DNA of 64,000 bases from Cellulomonadaceae bacterium (lineage in GTDB: Bacteria; Actinomycetota; Actinomycetes; Actinomycetales; Cellulomonadaceae). Positions 39,128 to 49,350 of this stretch are shown piece by piece; positions within the stretch are counted from its first letter, which is position 1, and each line of letters starts with the position of its first letter. The notes beneath the pieces were generated by a model, which saw only the letters and a program-made list of their open reading frames with translations, was not told where the DNA came from and did not search any database. The stretch is taken from NCBI GenBank assembly GCA_031256435.1, contig JAIRQO010000061.1, positions 59,301 through 123,300 on the forward strand, read 5' to 3'. Made by a program: the position numbers and the translations under genes.

Positions 39128-40609
39128 ATGAATTCTTACGACGTATCAATAATCATTCCAACATACAACGTATTACGCAAGACAATCGATGGCGAATTGG
39201 CCATTGCCATCGGACTCAATACGGTACTGAATCAAGTCTCGGATCGATTTACATTCGAGATCATTTTTGTCGATGATGTTTCAACGGATGACACAGTATC
39301 CTGGTTATCTTCATGGGCAGAATCAAATCAAAACGTTGCAGTCACAATCATTGAGAGGTCCACCAACTCCGGTTCTCCATCAATTCCAAGAAATGACGGG
39401 ATTGATGCAGCTCGCGGGAAGTGGATCGCATTTATGGACAATGATGATCAAATGGGTGGCCCTGGATCGCTCTGCGAACTTTATTCTTTCGCCGAAAATT
39501 GGGATTCGGATGTAATCATAGGAGAAGTCAGGAAGAAGGGCAAGGGAAATATTGCCCGTTCGCTCTTTGAAAAGGGAAACTTTGAACGAGTTGACTTCAA
39601 TATCATTAACCCTTTAGCAAACATCGGAGTCTGGTCACGGCTTTTCCGAAGGGAATTCATTGATCGAATTCATGCAAGATTCCCTGATGAAAACGTTACG
39701 CACGAGGATTGGTATTTCAACGCACAGATTTTTGCCAATACTGACAAGATTTCATTGATCACAAATCAGGTTTACTACTATTGGGTCGACACGGACGTTG
39801 CACACCTTTCATCAGATTTGAGTTGGGCATACCAACTACAATGTGAACAGAACATCAATTCCATAGATTTCTTCCGGACCTCGGAACACCCATCGAAATA
39901 TAGAAACGGCGCCGCGTTCATCTCACGTGTGATGGCTTCTGGAGTATTCAAACACACATACTCGGTTGACAACGATCGGTCGGCGTTCATGGTGCATGCG
40001 CAGATGCACGCGAAGTTTGTACGGCAGATGGAATCGATGAATTACATTGAGTATCTACCATATATGGCGAGAGACGATCAACGCCTCTTGAAGATCGTTC
40101 TTGACACTGATTTCACCAGGGCACGAGAGTTATTCCAGGCTCACCGGGCAACAAATAGGCCAGACCTATTTCTGCGACTTTCACCGCCCTGCATTACCAA
40201 GGATTCGTCTACTAACTTGCTTCGAACCAATGACTTGATCGATACCCTCCTGACTGGCCACGCGTTCGGAGAGATTATCGTTGATTTAAGCACGGAAGTA
40301 CTATCCGTAACGGTGGACTCGTTGAACTCCAAGGATGAGGTCTTGATCATCTCTCCGAGAAACTTGAACCGCTTCGCTGTATACCCATTTACTCCTGCAG
40401 GAGAGATCAAAATACCAACCAGTTCTATCTTAGATGTTTCAAAGGGTGGTGGAACACTTGATTTCTACATAGGACGCCAAAGCAGTTTTGGAATCGCCGC
40501 CAAAATGGTTCACGGTAGATATTCCGGAAATACGCAAGGATTCAAGGAAATGCCAAACTCGAAGTTTTATCCAAACTGGAAGGGTGGGCTTTCACTCAAT
40601 ATCAAATAG
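39128..40609 (+). CDS. GT2 glycosyltransferase (TarS-like)
   Basis: VSIIIPTYN, FVDDVSTD, NSGSPSIPRN, FMDNDD, HEDWYF. Confidence 0.88.
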   Translation: MNSYDVSIIIPTYNVLRKTIDGELAIAIGLNTVLNQVSDRFTFEIIFVDDVSTDDTVSWLSSWAESNQNVAVTIIERSTNSGSPSIPRNDGIDAARGKWIAFMDNDDQMGGPGSLCELYSFAENWDSDVIIGEVRKKGKGNIARSLFEKGNFERVDFNIINPLANIGVWSRLFRREFIDRIHARFPDENVTHEDWYFNAQIFANTDKISLITNQVYYYWVDTDVAHLSSDLSWAYQLQCEQNINSIDFFRTSEHPSKYRNGAAFISRVMASGVFKHTYSVDNDRSAFMVHAQMHAKFVRQMESMNYIEYLPYMARDDQRLLKIVLDTDFTRARELFQAHRATNRPDLFLRLSPPCITKDSSTNLLRTNDLIDTLLTGHAFGEIIVDLSTEVLSVTVDSLNSKDEVLIISPRNLNRFAVYPFTPAGEIKIPTSSILDVSKGGGTLDFYIGRQSSFGIAAKMVHGRYSGNTQGFKEMPNSKFYPNWKGGLSLNIK

Positions 40610-40631
40610 CCCACTGATAGACAGTTGCTTC

Positions 40632-41816
40632 CTATTCCATTAACTCGTGCTTGATGGTACCAAAATATGAAAGCGCATGCTCTATGCATACATCCATATT
40701 GTAATACCGGAACTCGGCCAAACGCCCACAGAGGTAGAGGTTTCGGTAGTTATCGGCAATCTTACGATACTGTGTGTACAATTCCTTCGAGTCCGAAGTC
40801 AGAACCGGATAGTAAGGGATTCGAGACTCTGCGTCAGGACTTTCAGGATCGTGAGCAACTGGCCACTCGGTCACTGTTGTTGTCCCTGTCACTGAGGCGT
40901 GCTCTTTCATTAACTCTCGATAATCCGTTGTACGGATATATCCGTCCGCTTGGGGATAAGAGATGATTTCGCACGGTAACGGATTCGGATTGTCGAAATG
41001 GCGATAAGTAAAACGGAGTGACCGATATGGCAGTAACCCCAGACGGTACCCGAATAACTCGTCGATGCATCCGGTGTAGATGAGACACTCTGTATTTTTC
41101 TTGTCCCATAGTACCTGATCATCATTGAACGAAATACGATCGGTTGCGTCAGTCTCCAATTCTATGGATATTCGCGGATGATCCAACATAGAATGGAATA
41201 GAGAAGTGAACCCATCCTTGGGTAGGTATTGGAAATCCTTGTTAAGATATCGCGTGTCATATCCCATCGCCATTGGGACTCGATCTAGCACTGAACGATC
41301 AATCAACTCTGGTGGAATACCCCACATCTTCGAAGTGTACGTGCGGTATGCCTTCTCAAATAGCAGATTGCCGTAATCGCGTATGTCCGATTCCTCGTTA
41401 TCAAGTAACTCAAGTATCGGTACGCGATCTCGTCCACGAAACTGTTCTCGAAATTTTCGATATAACTGTGCCGCTCGCTTTGGTCCAACAAATTGTCGAA
41501 CTGTAGTAAAGTTGAATGGCAGTTGCATATACTTACCGTCAATATAACTCAATAAATGACAATCAAATGGGAATAATTCCGAATACTGACCAAGAAATTC
41601 AATGACCCGATAGGCGTTAGTGTTAAGAATATGTGGTCCATACCGCTGCACTAGCACGCCGTTGTTGTCACGTGAATCAAACATATTGCCGCCAATATGC
41701 GGACGACGCTCCACAACAAGAACGTCACGCTGGCACTCCTCAGCGATTTTCCTCGCGAGAATAGATCCACTGAAACCGGATCCGACCACGATCACACGTT
41801 CAGACACAATATCCAC
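40632..41816 (-). CDS. glf: UDP-galactopyranose mutase
   Basis: VVGSGFSG, HIGGNMFD, YGPHI, YTG.ID, YRSLRF, GRLAEFRYYNMD. Confidence 0.93.
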   Translation of the reverse strand: MDIVSERVIVVGSGFSGSILARKIAEECQRDVLVVERRPHIGGNMFDSRDNNGVLVQRYGPHILNTNAYRVIEFLGQYSELFPFDCHLLSYIDGKYMQLPFNFTTVRQFVGPKRAAQLYRKFREQFRGRDRVPILELLDNEESDIRDYGNLLFEKAYRTYTSKMWGIPPELIDRSVLDRVPMAMGYDTRYLNKDFQYLPKDGFTSLFHSMLDHPRISIELETDATDRISFNDDQVLWDKKNTECLIYTGCIDELFGYRLGLLPYRSLRFTYRHFDNPNPLPCEIISYPQADGYIRTTDYRELMKEHASVTGTTTVTEWPVAHDPESPDAESRIPYYPVLTSDSKELYTQYRKIADNYRNLYLCGRLAEFRYYNMDVCIEHALSYFGTIKHELME

Positions 41817-42119
41817 CCTTCAACCGGTGCTTTGTGGTTACTTTGAACCACTTGATTTTCCTCCAAGTACTAGGCTCTTATGGTACTAGTCCGCCCTGCG
41901 AGACGTGCCTGCAAACCCGATCGACGACCGATGTGCGACTCAGAATCTATCAATCAATTCTAGCGGGGGGATATCTTCCGTCATGACGTTGTTTTCCCTA
42001 CAACTCTGGGAATCGCGTCTCAGAACGCAATATGGAGATTAGACAGTCGGTCGTCGGTTCGTTCGGCGGGCTTTACGCAATCCCGGGACACTGTCCAACA
42101 CATCTGCCAGACTTGGCTC

Positions 42120-42977
42120 ATGAGCAAAGAAGAGGATAAGGCACTTGTACTCGTCACGGGAGCCCAAGGATTTCTTGGCCAAGCCCTCGTCCCACGCCTA
42201 CTAGACGCAGGTGCAAACGTCATCGCTTGTGATTTCAGTGTGGACAAAGTTGATACGCGAGCCACCGCTCTTGCCGGAAACATTTTTGATCCCGATTCGA
42301 TCTCTCCAGATTCGGCAGGGAACCCCACGCACCTGGTACACCTCGCGTGGCAGGATGGCTTTGTCCTCAACTCAGACGCTCACATGCGGAATGTATCGGC
42401 GCACTATGGTTTCCTCATGCGGTTCATTAGTGGTGGCTGCACCAACGTATCTGTCATGGGAACCATGCATGAGGCAGGCTACATTGAAGGTGCTATCGAC
42501 GAAAACACCGTATGCGTTCCACTGAATGAGTACGGTGTTGCAAAGAACGCACTTAGGCAGTCGATGCTCCTAAGGACAACGTCCCTCGATGTTTGTTTCA
42601 AGTGGCTCCGCGCCTATTACATTGTGAGCAATACCGGAATTGGAGAGAACATCTTTGCCAAAATTATCCGTGCTGCCCGAGACGGCAAGACCACCTTCCC
42701 CTTCACCACCGGTAAGACGAAGTATGACTTCATCTCTATTGAGGACCTAGCCGACCAAATCACCGCGGCGGTTCTCCAGACGGAAGAGGCTGGCATCATC
42801 AACGTGTGTTCTGGCAACCCGGTGTCATTGGCTGATCGAATTGAGCAATTTATCACCGAGAACAACCTTGATATTTCTCTGGACTACGGAGCGTTCCCAG
42901 ATCGCCCCTTCGATTCACCCATTACCTATGGTGATGCCACCCGTATCCAGAAGATCATGGGAACCAACGCGACGTGA
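42120..42977 (+). CDS. NAD-dependent epimerase/dehydratase family; candidate dTDP-4-keto-sugar reductase
   Basis: VTGAQGFLG, HLAWQDGF, GTMHE, YGVAK, YDFISI. Confidence 0.85.
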   Translation: MSKEEDKALVLVTGAQGFLGQALVPRLLDAGANVIACDFSVDKVDTRATALAGNIFDPDSISPDSAGNPTHLVHLAWQDGFVLNSDAHMRNVSAHYGFLMRFISGGCTNVSVMGTMHEAGYIEGAIDENTVCVPLNEYGVAKNALRQSMLLRTTSLDVCFKWLRAYYIVSNTGIGENIFAKIIRAARDGKTTFPFTTGKTKYDFISIEDLADQITAAVLQTEEAGIINVCSGNPVSLADRIEQFITENNLDISLDYGAFPDRPFDSPITYGDATRIQKIMGTNAT

Positions 42978-43158
42978 TCGATGACAGCACCCAGATCAGC
43001 CCCACCACTTACACACAATTCCTGACAGACCCGGATGCCTGCTACCCCCTTCAGAAACCCACTACCAACCTATTTGACGACCGCTACCCACTCGGCCTGA
43101 TCGGCAGTTGTCGTCTTCATAGGAACCCATTGCAAGCCGATGGCATAGGTTGCGTCTT

Positions 43159-44724
43159 ATGGTCTTGATCCACCTCCCGGTCACCGGTATCACGTCAGAT
43201 GTGCTGGTAGACGCTCTTCTCCGTAAACAGTACTTCCCCAACATCAAGAAGACCTCTGGCGAGGAACTTCCTCCGTACTTCTCGTCTGAGAGCCTGACCG
43301 ATGCGGCTGCTGCCGATCTGCTAAATCTGGAAAGTCGCGACCGTGGTGTCGTGCGATTCGGCACCAGGAAATTCGACGGTCTTGTTCGACCGATGGGCTT
43401 GCCGCATCCAGTGGCACATGTTCGGCTGGTCAACCACTTAGGGAAGTACTGGACACATCTCGATGCTCGGCTTGGAAGTGAACAGAGCAAGATTGCTCCT
43501 CGACACCACGATGACGGTCGCGTACTGACGATGGACTACGACGACCAACTCACTGAGAGTAACGCCCAGACCCAGGCTGCCACCGGTCGACGTTTCGTTG
43601 TGAAGGCGGACATCAGTAACTGCTTCGGCTCTATCTACACCCACGCTGTCGATTGGGCTCTACGAGGTCGGGACGCCGCACGCCGAGGACGTCGGGACAA
43701 CTCCTGGGAGCACAAACTCGATCTTCAACTCCAGCGTTGCAACGGAGGGGAGACGAAGGGCATCAACATCGGTCCGGCAGTCTCGAACATCGTCGCCGAG
43801 TTCATCCTCCAGGAGGTTGACCTAAAGTTGGCTGGTATTCTCGCGACAGCCTTTCCCCGTAGCGGACTCCAATTCACTCGCAACATCGACGACTACACGT
43901 TGTCCTGCGATACGAACGATCAAGCCGAACTCTTCCTTACGGCGCTCGGGCAAGAACTTGCTCACTTCCGCTTGTCCCTCAATGGTCGGAAGACTTCAGT
44001 TCAGCCCACAGTTGGCGGGATCGGCGAACGATGGATCGCAGATATCCACCTCCGACTGCCGGACCCAACGGAGGCCGAGAAAGCAGTGCGGTTCGTACAG
44101 TGGCTCGGGTATCATGCCGATGACGTCCCGGGCAAGTCGGTGGCCCGTTACGGCGCCAAGACGTTAGTTAAGGAACGCCTCAAGACTGGTCAAGCCGATG
44201 AATCGGACCTAATACTCGCAGACGAGTTACTGCGCCTGGCGTTCCACAGACCAGAAACGCTCTGTTTTGCCGTCCAACACCTCGAATGGTCAGGGTCCAA
44301 GTTTGACGGCAATAACAGGGTGCGCCTAGGGCATTCGCTTCACCAACTACTCGAACAGGCAGCCCAGCGTCGAGAGACCGACACTGCACTTTGGGCGATG
44401 CGCGGTCTTGAATCACTTAGCCGCACTGAAGAACTCAACTCGAAGTCTACGAGGGATGCCCTCATCGCACTGGAAGACGACCTCGTCTGGCTGGTCCTGG
44501 CACACCTCCACCGGGACGGCATGAACGAGGTTGCCACTGCCGCCGAATTGCTGAACGCAGGAAACAACGGAGACGTACCCGAAGACATCGTCGAGGAGCA
44601 CTGGCTCGCCCGTTACGAACTGCATCGAACTGAGCGGCTTCAGGAAGTCAACCTCTCGAAGTTCGAGAAGCAGTGGTTCAAGAAGGCCATCAACCACTCC
44701 GTGTCATTCAGCATCCTCACCTAG
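43159..44724 (+). CDS. Antiviral reverse transcriptase, DRT4 (UG15)-like
   Basis: LLRKQYFP..ELPPYFSS N-terminus, RPMGLPHP, KADISNCFGSIYTHAVDWA, GINIGPAVSNIVAE, RNIDDY catalytic motif, helical C-terminal domain ending HWLARYEL..VSF. The ORF track starts at TTG 43150. Confidence 0.85.
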   Translation: MVLIHLPVTGITSDVLVDALLRKQYFPNIKKTSGEELPPYFSSESLTDAAAADLLNLESRDRGVVRFGTRKFDGLVRPMGLPHPVAHVRLVNHLGKYWTHLDARLGSEQSKIAPRHHDDGRVLTMDYDDQLTESNAQTQAATGRRFVVKADISNCFGSIYTHAVDWALRGRDAARRGRRDNSWEHKLDLQLQRCNGGETKGINIGPAVSNIVAEFILQEVDLKLAGILATAFPRSGLQFTRNIDDYTLSCDTNDQAELFLTALGQELAHFRLSLNGRKTSVQPTVGGIGERWIADIHLRLPDPTEAEKAVRFVQWLGYHADDVPGKSVARYGAKTLVKERLKTGQADESDLILADELLRLAFHRPETLCFAVQHLEWSGSKFDGNNRVRLGHSLHQLLEQAAQRRETDTALWAMRGLESLSRTEELNSKSTRDALIALEDDLVWLVLAHLHRDGMNEVATAAELLNAGNNGDVPEDIVEEHWLARYELHRTERLQEVNLSKFEKQWFKKAINHSVSFSILT

Positions 44725-45204
44725 CCGCATTCCGTCCCACCGAGTACCCAATGAATGTCGACGCACTCAAGCCCCGTGATATGTTCTGTTCCAATACCCG
44801 GCGCGAACGGCAATACCTTTGTTCCAGCGTACGTGTGGAACAAGGAGTTGCAGTGGCAGTCGCTGCGTAGGTACATCACCTGCCTGGTCGCCAGCATCCA
44901 TTGCAACGCCCGGAACGCCACCCACTTCCTGAGAGCCATCAATATCCAGCAAACGAAGGGCTCCCTATGCACTCTCTCGGCACGTAGCATCCTTCGACGG
45001 GCAAAACAGCGCCTTATGACGCTACAACGGCTTCTAGACTCCCTCATCCGTTATTGGAGACCCCTGGTATGGACTCCCTCACTCAGCGAGTGCTGCCGTC
45101 AGTGGAGAACAAGCACAAAGATAGGCAGTAGCGCTGCACGGAATCCTCCCAGAAATGGTAATTTTCCATGCTGACCGCAGAACTCACTACAATAGTTACC
45201 ACAG

Positions 45205-45780
45205 TTACCACGTGGGCTGGTTGTCCTCGATTGTGAAGTTCACATCTGAATCCTTGAGAAGCGGCGCATCCATGTCCTTCTTTGAGATGATCGGATCGTC
45301 GATACCCCAATCAAAGCCAATGTCTGGGTCATTGAATGCGATCGCTCGGTCATCAGGACCGTTATACGGCTCATCAACCTTGTAAAGAACCTCGCAGTGA
45401 TCCGTGAGAGTCATAAACCCGTGAGAGAAACCAGACGGAATCCAAATTTGCTTGTGGTTATCTTCAGTCAACTCCACGGCAACCCACTTGGTGTAGGTTG
45501 GTGATCCTTTGCGTAGATCCACAGCAACGTCCAGAATTGCACCGCGCACGCAGCGTACTAACTTGATTTGGGGGGTGGGGTTGTTCTGGAAGTGGTGGGC
45601 CCGGATTGTGCCCTTCTTAATGGAGTAACTATGGTTATCCTGGACAAATACTGTGTTGATGCCCAGTTTGGCCTGAGTACGGGCCGAATAGGTCTCCGAG
45701 TAATATCCGCGATAATCCTCAAAGTAGTCCGGTTCAAGGATCTTGACGTCAGGAATCTCTAAATCTGTCATCTTCAACAT
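45205..45780 (-). CDS. rmlC: dTDP-4-dehydrorhamnose 3,5-epimerase
   Basis: [50 protein letters not shown]. Confidence 0.93.
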   Translation of the reverse strand: MLKMTDLEIPDVKILEPDYFEDYRGYYSETYSARTQAKLGINTVFVQDNHSYSIKKGTIRAHHFQNNPTPQIKLVRCVRGAILDVAVDLRKGSPTYTKWVAVELTEDNHKQIWIPSGFSHGFMTLTDHCEVLYKVDEPYNGPDDRAIAFNDPDIGFDWGIDDPIISKKDMDAPLLKDSDVNFTIEDNQPTW

Positions 45781-45944
45781 GGTTCCATTGTGCGGCAGCA
45801 CGCCCCAATTCATGGGTTCGCGCACCGCCCGCGCCATGCGTGCAATGCACTCTACCGAATCGCCCATTCCGCTGGCTTGAACAGCAGCGCGCCAGTGACG
45901 TGTTGCCCTGGCTCCCTCCGAGTTGTGATGCCACAATGGTAGCC

Positions 45945-46844
45945 ATGCGTGGCATTATTCTGGCCGGTGGCTCTGGTACCCGGCTTCACCCCATCACCAT
46001 GGGCGTGAGCAAGCAACTCGTTCCGGTGTATGACAAACCCATGATCTATTACCCGCTCAGCACATTGATGCTGGCAGGCATCCAGGACATCTTGATCATC
46101 ACCACCCCCCACGATGCTCCGCAATTTGAGCGGCTACTCGGTGACGGTAGCCAGTTCGGCATCAACCTGACCTTCACCGTCCAGGCAGAGCCAAACGGAC
46201 TCGCCCAAGCCTTCGTTCTGGGCGCTGATCACATCGGCAATGACAATGTTTCCCTGGTACTGGGTGACAACATTTTCTGGGGTCCCGGTATGGGCAACCG
46301 TCTCACCCGCTGGCGAGATGTTGACGGTGGAGCCGTGTTTGCCTACCAAGTGGCGGATCCGCGCGAATACGGCGTGGTGGACTTTGATGATCAAGGCATC
46401 GCCTTATCTATCGAGGAAAAGCCCCAGCAACCGAAGTCCAACTACGCCGTCCCCGGACTCTATTTCTATGAGAACTCCGTGGTGGACTTTGTGAAAACCA
46501 TGAAGCCCTCAGCCCGTGGTGAATATGAGATCACAGATGTGAACCGTCACTACCTTGAGGAGGGACGCCTCCACGTTGAGGTTTTCCCACGCGGTGTTGC
46601 CTGGTTAGACACTGGATCCTTTGAATCCCTCCACGAGGCCAGTTCCTTTGTCCGCACCATCGAAAACCGACAAGGAATGAAGGTGGGTGTTCCGGAAGAA
46701 GTAGCCTGGCGCAAGGGATTCATTTCCGATGAGGATCTCCTGGCCCGTGGTGAGTTACTCCGCAAATCTGGCTATGGAGAGTACCTCATCAGGTTGCTAG
46801 ATCTTCCCCATGATCTCCCCGCCTACCGGCCCCCACAGGCATGA
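45945..46844 (+). CDS. rmlA: Glucose-1-phosphate thymidylyltransferase
   Basis: [33 protein letters not shown]. Confidence 0.96.
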   Translation: MRGIILAGGSGTRLHPITMGVSKQLVPVYDKPMIYYPLSTLMLAGIQDILIITTPHDAPQFERLLGDGSQFGINLTFTVQAEPNGLAQAFVLGADHIGNDNVSLVLGDNIFWGPGMGNRLTRWRDVDGGAVFAYQVADPREYGVVDFDDQGIALSIEEKPQQPKSNYAVPGLYFYENSVVDFVKTMKPSARGEYEITDVNRHYLEEGRLHVEVFPRGVAWLDTGSFESLHEASSFVRTIENRQGMKVGVPEEVAWRKGFISDEDLLARGELLRKSGYGEYLIRLLDLPHDLPAYRPPQA

Positions 46845-46883
46845 CATCTGAACGCGCCACTGCCACCTGAGAAAGTCGAATCC

Positions 46884-48320
46884 ATGCCTCAACCATCCCT
46901 GGCCATCCAGATAGCCCGCTCGTGGTGCACTATTGACGGTGCCGAACACGCCCTCACGGATCTCCACTCATGGGTAAGTGAACGCAATGCGAACACCCAC
47001 GTAGATATCAAGCCCGGGGTTTTCTCCGATGACGGCAACTGGTTTGTGGACCCTGCCACCGGAACCATTCGCAACCGGCAAGGTTCGTTCTTCACGGTGG
47101 CTGGGCTTCGCCAAACGGCACCCGATGGTTCGGTCCACGAGCAGCCGGTGATCCTCCAGCCGGAAATTGGCTTCCTGGGATTCCTGGCTATGGAACGCCG
47201 TGGGGTACTCCACTTCCTTGTTCAGGCCAAGATTGAACCGGGGAACATCAACAAGGTTCAGCTGAGCCCCACCATTCAGGCCACCAAGTCCAACTTCACC
47301 CAGGCCCATGGCGGCAAACGCCCCATGTTCCTGGAGTATTTCCTTGACGTAGACCCTGATGCCATCATGGTAGATCAAATCCAATCCGAGCAATCATCCC
47401 GGTTCTTCAAGAAGCGCAATCGCAATATCATCGTCGTACTCGATGAAGAACCAGAGGTTACCGACCAGTTCCGCTGGATGACGTTGGGCCAAATCAAGGC
47501 GCTCATGCACTATGACAACCTAGTCAACATGGACACACGCACGGTCCTGAGCTGTATCCCCACCTCCATGATGGCATGCAGTGATGATGAGTTTGCGGAG
47601 ATCATTTCCCTGTTCAATGATGAGCCGCTGGCCCGCTCCGTTTTCCACGCGCCGGACGTGAATGCTGCACCTCCCATGTTCCACCAGATGAACAACTTCA
47701 AAATGTTTGATGCACCGGTTTCGGAGATCATCAGGCTCGACGAACTGGAGCGCTGGGACTGGGTGAACAATGAGTTAGTGTGCCTTGACGGTGGAGATTT
47801 CACGGTGGGCGCGTTTGACATTGCCATTGAAGGCCGTGAAGTGGTGGAGTGGACTCAGCCGCTGTTCAAAGCCAAGGGCATTGCCACGTTTGGGCTCATC
47901 ACCACCGAAGATACTGATGGTGTTCGGCGATTCCTTGTTCGCATTGCGCCGGAGCCCGGCTGCTTTGATGACGTGGAGTTTGGGCCGTCCGTGCAACTAG
48001 AGCCCACGGCACCCCCCGAGGGCGACGACGATGTATCGCGTTTCATGTTCGAGCAACTCGCGGCACATCCAGACCGTGTGAGCCATGACGTTCTTCTCTC
48101 CGAAGAAGGCGGACGCTTCTATCACGAGCAAAACCGCAACATTGTGGTTGACGTAGACCGTAGCGCACTGACGGAGTTCCTTGGCGCTGATCCACGTTTG
48201 ATGCTGGTGGATTATTGGACGCTGAACACCCTTAACCAAGTGAATAACGTACTCAACATCCAACTCCGCAATGTGCTTTCATTGCTGCCCGCCGTGACTC
48301 CTGAGGATGATGCTCAATGA
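46884..48320 (+). CDS. NDP-hexose 2,3-dehydratase (EryBVI/TylX3-like)
   Basis: QPEIGFLG, QAKIEPGN, QLSPTIQATKSN, QSEQSSRFFKKRNRN, SEEGGRFYHEQNRN. Confidence 0.92.
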   Translation: MPQPSLAIQIARSWCTIDGAEHALTDLHSWVSERNANTHVDIKPGVFSDDGNWFVDPATGTIRNRQGSFFTVAGLRQTAPDGSVHEQPVILQPEIGFLGFLAMERRGVLHFLVQAKIEPGNINKVQLSPTIQATKSNFTQAHGGKRPMFLEYFLDVDPDAIMVDQIQSEQSSRFFKKRNRNIIVVLDEEPEVTDQFRWMTLGQIKALMHYDNLVNMDTRTVLSCIPTSMMACSDDEFAEIISLFNDEPLARSVFHAPDVNAAPPMFHQMNNFKMFDAPVSEIIRLDELERWDWVNNELVCLDGGDFTVGAFDIAIEGREVVEWTQPLFKAKGIATFGLITTEDTDGVRRFLVRIAPEPGCFDDVEFGPSVQLEPTAPPEGDDDVSRFMFEQLAAHPDRVSHDVLLSEEGGRFYHEQNRNIVVDVDRSALTEFLGADPRLMLVDYWTLNTLNQVNNVLNIQLRNVLSLLPAVTPEDDAQ

Positions 48321-49336
48321 CCACTCGGATTGCCGTTCTGTGCCCCTCTGAGATTGCGATTCGGCGGTTCATGCCGGCCATCACGCTCTCGGAAGACTTT
48401 GAGTACGTGGGCGTGGGCATGGCCTCACGCGACGAATGGACTGGAGACCCTGCCGCCTACGATGCTGTTCACGAAGGTGAGATAGCCAAGACGGCTGCTT
48501 TTGTAGAAGATTACGGAGGCCGGGTGTTTGAGGGCTACGAGACCCTGATCAACGCTGACGATGTTGACGCTGTGTACCTGCCGTTGCCTCCGGCTCTGCA
48601 TCACGGATGGGCTACCAAGGTGCTCAACGCCGGTAAGCACGCCCTGGTGGAAAAGCCGTTCACCACTTCCGTGGAGGATACCGAGGATCTCCTCGCACTG
48701 GCCAAGGACAAGGGCCTTGCTGTGCATGAGAACTATATGTTTGCCTTCCACTCGCAAATCCAGTTTGTGAAGGACACTATGGAATCTGGATGCTTGGGAG
48801 AGATGCGGCTCATCCGGTTGTCCTTTGGTTTCCCATTCCGTGGCGCCAACGATTTCCGGTACAACAAGGCCCTAGGCGGCGGAGCGTTGCTGGACTGCGG
48901 CGGCTATCCCGTCAAGTTGGCTACCTTGCTGCTGGGTCCCACGGCGCGTGTCACGGATGCCAACCTCCAGTTGGGCCGAGACCTTGATGTTGACCTCTAC
49001 GGTTCGGGCACCCTGGTGAATGATGACGGCCTCACTGTTCAGTTAGCCTTTGGAATGGACAACGCGTACCGCTGTGACATTGACCTCTGGGGCTCCACCG
49101 GATCGATGAGTTCTGGCCGCATCCTCACCGCACCCGTGGGCTACGATCCAGTGTTCACCTTCACCACTCCTGAAGGCGTTGTCGACGAGACGCTCCCGGA
49201 GGACGATTCGTTCCTGGGATCGATCAACGCCTTTGCCAAGTCCATCAAGGATCCGTCAGCGGCGGCGAAAGCGATGGATGCCATAGCGCACCAAGCAACG
49301 TTGGTGTCAGTGTTCCAAGCAGTGGCGCCGCGCTAG
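48317..49336 (+). CDS. Gfo/Idh/MocA oxidoreductase; probable NDP-hexose 3-ketoreductase
   Basis: AIRRFMPA, YLPLPPALH, HALVEKP, ENYMF, GGGALLDCGGYP; ATGA-coupled to the 2,3-dehydratase. Confidence 0.88.
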   Translation: MTTRIAVLCPSEIAIRRFMPAITLSEDFEYVGVGMASRDEWTGDPAAYDAVHEGEIAKTAAFVEDYGGRVFEGYETLINADDVDAVYLPLPPALHHGWATKVLNAGKHALVEKPFTTSVEDTEDLLALAKDKGLAVHENYMFAFHSQIQFVKDTMESGCLGEMRLIRLSFGFPFRGANDFRYNKALGGGALLDCGGYPVKLATLLLGPTARVTDANLQLGRDLDVDLYGSGTLVNDDGLTVQLAFGMDNAYRCDIDLWGSTGSMSSGRILTAPVGYDPVFTFTTPEGVVDETLPEDDSFLGSINAFAKSIKDPSAAAKAMDAIAHQATLVSVFQAVAPR

Positions 49337-49350
49337 GCATTTCGGTATTC

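Noticed and set aside
42120-42977. Calling this gene rmlD
   Set aside because: It lacks typical RmlD motifs (AAYT.VD, STDYVF); left as an unspecified extended-SDR reductase or epimerase.
42978-44724. RT as a retron, group II intron or DGR
   Set aside because: No retron VTG motif or convincing msr/msd inverted repeats, no maturase or intron structure, and no TR/VR pair or avd gene. The motifs fit the Abi/DRT class.
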